IMG/VR virus record: IMGVR_UViG_3300025608_000065
Span: 1-30,822 of that record
DNA: 30,822 bases
Strand: one strand, 5' to 3'
DNA from: a virus
Taxonomy: Duplodnaviria > Caudoviricetes
Shown here: positions 26,510-30,822 of the stretch, one piece after another
Layout: each line of letters starts with the position of its first letter
Position numbering within the stretch: the stretch's first letter is position 1
Translations under genes and position numbers: made by a program
The notes under the pieces: model-generated
What the model was told of the DNA's origin: nothing
Databases searched by the model: none
The model's input: only the letters and a program-made list of their open reading frames with translations

Positions 26510-26625
26510 GACTTTTTCTTCTTCTTACCGTACTGGACTTTCTTTCCAGTCTTCTTAGCTTCTGCTTTTGCTTTAGCCATACCTTTGGCTGTGTATGAAT
26601 AATGTTTGCTTCCGACTTTTGGCAT
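26506..26625 (-). CDS. Lys-rich 39-aa protein (not in ORF track)
   Basis: MPKVGSKHYSYTAKGMAKAKAEAKKTGKKVQYGKKKKKS; TAATG coupling. Confidence 0.7.
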   Translation of the reverse strand: MPKVGSKHYSYTAKGMAKAKAEAKKTGKKVQYGKKKKKS

Positions 26626-26993
26626 TACTTCTTCCCCATGACTTTATCAACACCTTTGATTCCAAAGGACGCTAGTACCGCTGTGTATAACAAGAATTGA
26701 AACCATTCTGGTAGTCCTGCTAACACTTCAAATGCACGATGCACACGTTCAATCACATCCATATCATCTACCGCTACACCGTATCCTACAAAGACAATAG
26801 GCAATGACAACAATATCGTAAACCACTCATCCTTCCAACTATGAGCAGATGCGTCAGCCATTCTAGCTTCCCAGTCTGCATCATTCTTGAGGCGTTCTAA
26901 CTTGACCTCTTGTTTAATCTTAGCCTCGTCTATCCTGCCTTTGATAAATCCTTTGGCAAGGTCTACAACAGGGCCAATGAGTGCTGTCCACAT
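26625..26993 (-). CDS. Holin-like membrane protein (3TM GTA-holin-like)
   Basis: SWKDEWFTILLSLPIVF...LPEWFQFLLYTAVLASFG. Confidence 0.6.
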   Translation of the reverse strand: MWTALIGPVVDLAKGFIKGRIDEAKIKQEVKLERLKNDADWEARMADASAHSWKDEWFTILLSLPIVFVGYGVAVDDMDVIERVHRAFEVLAGLPEWFQFLLYTAVLASFGIKGVDKVMGKK

Positions 26994-27170
26994 TTACATG
27001 GAATCCTTTTTAATAGGTACACAAAGCATACCTCGTGGATCGTCTGTGTCTTGAGCAACAACTAAGGCTTCCTGAAAACAATCCTGTGGATTTGTAAACT
27101 CTTTAGTCTCTACAACTTGGAAGATTCCTTGTTGTAGTGCAATGGCGTAAATGCCTAATGTAATCCACAT
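26994..27170 (-). CDS. 58-aa hypothetical protein with hydrophobic N-terminus (not in ORF track)
   Basis: MWITLGIYAIALQQGIFQVVETKEFTNPQDCFQEALVVAQDTDDPRGMLCVPIKKDSM; fills the gap between neighbours exactly. Confidence 0.6.
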   Translation of the reverse strand: MWITLGIYAIALQQGIFQVVETKEFTNPQDCFQEALVVAQDTDDPRGMLCVPIKKDSM

Positions 27171-27171
27171 A

Positions 27172-27621
27172 CTAAGTGCCTTTAGTTGTTACGAGCCAAT
27201 ATATGAAGTAAGCACATATGCCAACAGCAGAAAGGGTGGCCACGGTAACAACGATACCAATACACCAGTCTTTAATGAGTTTGCGTCTACGGGCTTTCTT
27301 TTTTCGTTCTTCATTCTCTGCCGCTTCACGGCTGTCCTTCATCTGTTTTTGGAATGCAAGCCAGTCTGTCCAAAGATTTGCTCTGCCCTGCCATATCATC
27401 ATTTGTTTCAAAGCATCTTCATATTCTCTAAGTTGCTCTGTTGCTTGGAAGGCTTGCATATCGGACTTGTATCCATGCTCATGTGCCTTCTTCTGTATTT
27501 CAGCCTTGAGGCCAAAGTAGTCTGCTAGTGCGTCACCTGCCTCATAGAGTTGCTTACCGTTTGCTATGGCTTCTTTGATGACACCAAAGGCGGCATTGGC
27601 TGCAGCAAGTTCAGCTATCAC
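27172..27621 (-). CDS. Coiled-coil protein with C-terminal transmembrane helix
   Basis: Basic stretch followed by IGIVVTVATLSAVGICAYFIYWLV. Confidence 0.7.
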   Translation of the reverse strand: MIAELAAANAAFGVIKEAIANGKQLYEAGDALADYFGLKAEIQKKAHEHGYKSDMQAFQATEQLREYEDALKQMMIWQGRANLWTDWLAFQKQMKDSREAAENEERKKKARRRKLIKDWCIGIVVTVATLSAVGICAYFIYWLVTTKGT

Positions 27622-27802
27622 TAGGAGGGTTCCTTCCTAGAAGCCCCTGTACTGTTTTTGTTTCAAATATCCTAATCCCTGTCCACACAAGGGTGAATAA
27701 GGCCGCCAAAGGAGGCAACAATTCGCCTATGGTTCCAACTACGGTGAGTACACTAACTGCATCTACGACTTGCTTAGTGCCTTCTGTTGCCATATCTTTC
27801 AT
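27611..27802 (-). CDS. Small membrane protein (holin-like)
   Basis: SD AGGAGAGG; hydrophobic core; lies directly after the fibre gene. Confidence 0.6.
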   Translation of the reverse strand: MKDMATEGTKQVVDAVSVLTVVGTIGELLPPLAALFTLVWTGIRIFETKTVQGLLGRNPPSDS

Positions 27803-27810
27803 GCCTCTCC

Positions 27811-30800
27811 TTATTGGCCTACAACCGGAAGTTCTGCCGTTGGCGGTGTAAAGTTTGCGGTGTATCGTGCGATGCCTTTGGTGATGCGGAGGTCGTCTAT
27901 GCTTCCTGCTAAGTCATGGTTGTCCCAAACATTTCGCATAATATACAATCCAGTGCTATTACCTACGGACTCAGAAGTATAAGAACTGTTGTCTGTTCCT
28001 TTAACACCATCAATGAAAAACTTAAATGTGCCACTATCACGAACAACAGCTAGGTGACACCAAGTGTTATCTGGAATAGCCGCACCACCGTCCATGTCTC
28101 TGTAGGTACTTCCGTTATAGTAAGTAAATCCAAAGTTTCCATTGTTTTGTGCAGGTCTAACTTGCCACCTACCATTTACATTTTCTGTTTGACCAACAAC
28201 ACCTTTTCTGAAGTTAGATAACGGTGTATCAATTTTTGCCCAGAACTCAACGGTGAAATCGCCTGCACCAAAGTTAAACAAATCAGAAGGCGGAGTCTGC
28301 AGCCAATCCCCAGTCCCATCAAACTCCATCGCACCTGTGCCGTACTTAAACGTAGTCGTGTCAACCTGTGCGTTACCGACAGTCTCTATGACGTTACGGC
28401 CAGTGGCATCAATGATGGATGCGTTGGTGAAGTTGCAGAGGAGTGATGTGCCTGATGTTGGTGTTAGTGGTGCTGTTGGGGGTGTGAAGTTTGAAGTGTA
28501 TAAAGCTGCTCCATTGATAACTCTAGCGTCAGAAATGTAACCATTAAACAAATTGGATGTACTGTAATAACCCCCAACAAACATATTTGTAATAGTATAT
28601 GCTGTGGTTGAGGAAACTGTACCGCCGCTGTCCACCCCGTTAATGTATAACTTTGTTGTACCGCTATTCCTAACCATAGCTACATGAAGCCAAGTTCTAA
28701 TTGGGAATTTACTTCCAGTTGTACTCACATAGTTATTGCCTGAGGAGTAACCCCACTGAAACTCTAGGTTAGGATACATTGATATAAAAATATCAAAATC
28801 TGCAATAGAGTTTGTAGTGGATAACTGGATAACCCCTTGGTTAGTCTGCGTGGTAGCATACACCCAACATTCAATTGTAAAATCTCCGTTTGTTGGGATA
28901 GTCATTGATGCAGAAGAATTAAGATAATCCCCAGTCCCATCAAAATACCCACTACCACCCTGCGGTGATACAGTGAAGGCATCATCAAGATACTGCTGTA
29001 CGCCATAGGTTGTTACAGGTGCGAATGGGATGTTCGTAGATGCTTCAGCGTCTCCATTCACAGTGATGGCATGAGCGTTCCCTGAGTTGTCTTGGAACAC
29101 CGCATCTTGGCAGGTGAGTAGGCTAGTACCGGATACTGCTGTGAGGGGTTCTGTGGGTGGAGTAAATGCGGCAGTGTAGAGTGCAGTGCCGTTTACAATG
29201 CGAGTATTAGAAGCATACCCACCAAAGTAGTATGGATTTGTTGTGTACAGGCTTCCACTAAGGAAAAACGCACCTAGTACACCCACTTTAAAACTAGATG
29301 AAAATGTAGTATTCCAAATTTCTTCACCATCAACAAAGGCATACACTGTCGTACCAGAGCGTGTTAATGCAAAGTGATGCCATTCATTTGTATTTGCTAA
29401 TGCGGTTGCTGTACTACCTGCATTTAATTGAGTCCCGTTGATGTAAACATAAACGCCACCGTTAGTTTGTATGCGAGGTATTTGTACATTACTCTGACTT
29501 GAAGAACTAAATAACAAACGTGTGCCAGTTAAAGATGTTGGTTGCACCCAAGTCTCTAAAGTAAAGTCACCAGATAATGTGGGTTCTGGAAAAGTTAAGT
29601 AATCACCAGACCCATCAAAGTAAACCGAACGCTCACCAAAGGGTAGGTTGGTGGATGCCTGTGGGTCACCGTTGGCTGTAATCGCATGAGCATTACCAGA
29701 GTTATCTTGGAACACTGCGTTCTGACAGGTTAGGAGTGATGTGTTTGTAATAGCTGTCAGTGGTGTTGTGGATGGTGTGAAGTTGGCTGTGTAGACGGCT
29801 GTCCCAATAACTACACGATGATTAGAAATATTACCGTTTAAGTAATAATTATCCCAAGTCTTTCCTATTGAAACTGCTGTTTTAGTTAAATCATTACTAA
29901 CTGAGCCAGAGTTTAATTGCTGTCCATTTAAAAATATTTTTACTGTTCCGCTTTCTCTAGTACAGGCAACATGTTGCCACTTATTGGAGGTATATGTACC
30001 CCCAGTGACTCCTGTTGTTCCACTAAAAAATTCCACTGTTCCAGAGTTTGTAAGCTGAAATGTCATTCCTGCTGAATCAGGATAACCAGTCCGTGTTTCA
30101 AAAATTGTTTGATATGTGTTGGTTACATTTGGATAGACCCAAGCCTCAACAGTAAAGTCACCTGTACCAATAGCTGAATCAATTGTAGTAGTTAAATAAT
30201 CATTCCCATCAAACTCCACAGACCTTTCACCAAATGGAACATTCGTAGTGCGCTCAGGGTTGCCATTGACTGTGATGGCGTGAGCATTGCTTGAGTTGTC
30301 TACAAAGCCATTGGCTTGGCAAGTGAGCAGAGATGTGTTGGTGATGTCCTCTAGGGGTGCAGTCGGGACAGTGAAAGATGTTACAGTTGGGTCTATTGCA
30401 CCACTACCTGTAATAAATCTTACATTTGATAAATACCCATTTAGAAATTGGCTGTTTGTTGAACCTATTTCAATAGATGTTCGTGTTGAAGGTTTTGTAA
30501 TAGCATTTGTTCCCGTAGCTACACGGGTTCCATTAACGAACAATGCAATGTTATTACTGGCATCGGTTGCTACAGCTAGGTGATACCATTGATTTGCAGA
30601 GCGTGTTGTAGGGTCTATTATGACTGTTGGACTACTGTCTCCATCGTTGTAACTTAAAGTTAAAACACCATTATTAAAAGCAAATGCATACTCAATACCA
30701 CTTGTTGTATTCCAAGCAATAGACCCGCCATACTTAACTAACATATTTTGATAAGCACCTAGAGCGACAGGATAATACCAACACTCAAAACTTGCTTGTG

Positions 30801-30822
30801 TGCCACCTAGGTCTAAATCATT
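27811..30822 (-). CDS. Multi-LamG (concanavalin A-like lectin) fibre protein (partial, runs off the right edge)
   Basis: At least five repeats of FDG..DYL...GDFT.E.W...WxHxAx.R...F.NG...GY.S..R...YT.NFTPP. The frame stays open to base 30822. Confidence 0.85.
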   Translation of the reverse strand, partial: NDLDLGGTQASFECWYYPVALGAYQNMLVKYGGSIAWNTTSGIEYAFAFNNGVLTLSYNDGDSSPTVIIDPTTRSANQWYHLAVATDASNNIALFVNGTRVATGTNAITKPSTRTSIEIGSTNSQFLNGYLSNVRFITGSGAIDPTVTSFTVPTAPLEDITNTSLLTCQANGFVDNSSNAHAITVNGNPERTTNVPFGERSVEFDGNDYLTTTIDSAIGTGDFTVEAWVYPNVTNTYQTIFETRTGYPDSAGMTFQLTNSGTVEFFSGTTGVTGGTYTSNKWQHVACTRESGTVKIFLNGQQLNSGSVSNDLTKTAVSIGKTWDNYYLNGNISNHRVVIGTAVYTANFTPSTTPLTAITNTSLLTCQNAVFQDNSGNAHAITANGDPQASTNLPFGERSVYFDGSGDYLTFPEPTLSGDFTLETWVQPTSLTGTRLLFSSSSQSNVQIPRIQTNGGVYVYINGTQLNAGSTATALANTNEWHHFALTRSGTTVYAFVDGEEIWNTTFSSSFKVGVLGAFFLSGSLYTTNPYYFGGYASNTRIVNGTALYTAAFTPPTEPLTAVSGTSLLTCQDAVFQDNSGNAHAITVNGDAEASTNIPFAPVTTYGVQQYLDDAFTVSPQGGSGYFDGTGDYLNSSASMTIPTNGDFTIECWVYATTQTNQGVIQLSTTNSIADFDIFISMYPNLEFQWGYSSGNNYVSTTGSKFPIRTWLHVAMVRNSGTTKLYINGVDSGGTVSSTTAYTITNMFVGGYYSTSNLFNGYISDARVINGAALYTSNFTPPTAPLTPTSGTSLLCNFTNASIIDATGRNVIETVGNAQVDTTTFKYGTGAMEFDGTGDWLQTPPSDLFNFGAGDFTVEFWAKIDTPLSNFRKGVVGQTENVNGRWQVRPAQNNGNFGFTYYNGSTYRDMDGGAAIPDNTWCHLAVVRDSGTFKFFIDGVKGTDNSSYTSESVGNSTGLYIMRNVWDNHDLAGSIDDLRITKGIARYTANFTPPTAELPVVGQ

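Noticed and set aside
323-30583. Many short antisense or nested ORFs in the ORF track
   Set aside because: They are shadow frames of well-supported genes and show no recognisable motifs.
27811-30822. Diversity-generating retroelement or shufflon acting on the fibre
   Set aside because: No reverse transcriptase, invertase or adenine-specific TR/VR pair is visible in the window.

Overview
About 31 kb of a T7-supergroup-like podovirus genome, probably circularly permuted. No phage RNA polymerase gene is seen, and the two-arm layout resembles VpV262/SIO1/Zobellviridae-type phages. The left part (- strand) holds the portal (partial), TerL, a GH108 lysozyme and a probable TerS. A divergent non-coding control region at about 3940-4585 is followed by the + strand early/replication arm: Ocr-like protein, C5 cytosine methyltransferase, small ORFs, gp4-like primase-helicase, T5orf172 nuclease, PolA, SSB, 5'-3' exonuclease, resolvase, DUF3310, and class I RNR alpha/beta. 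That arm meets the - strand virion arm (ejection proteins, tail proteins, holin-like proteins, multi-LamG fibre) at a double-hairpin terminator at about 17.1 kb. The most striking signal is in the control region: seven correctly spaced sigma-54 (-24/-12) boxes in 186 bp, six arranged as head-to-head pairs, flanked by three LexA (SOS) boxes. One SOS box overlaps the -35 of the predicted early promoter. All product calls come from motif recognition by eye; no database searches were run.
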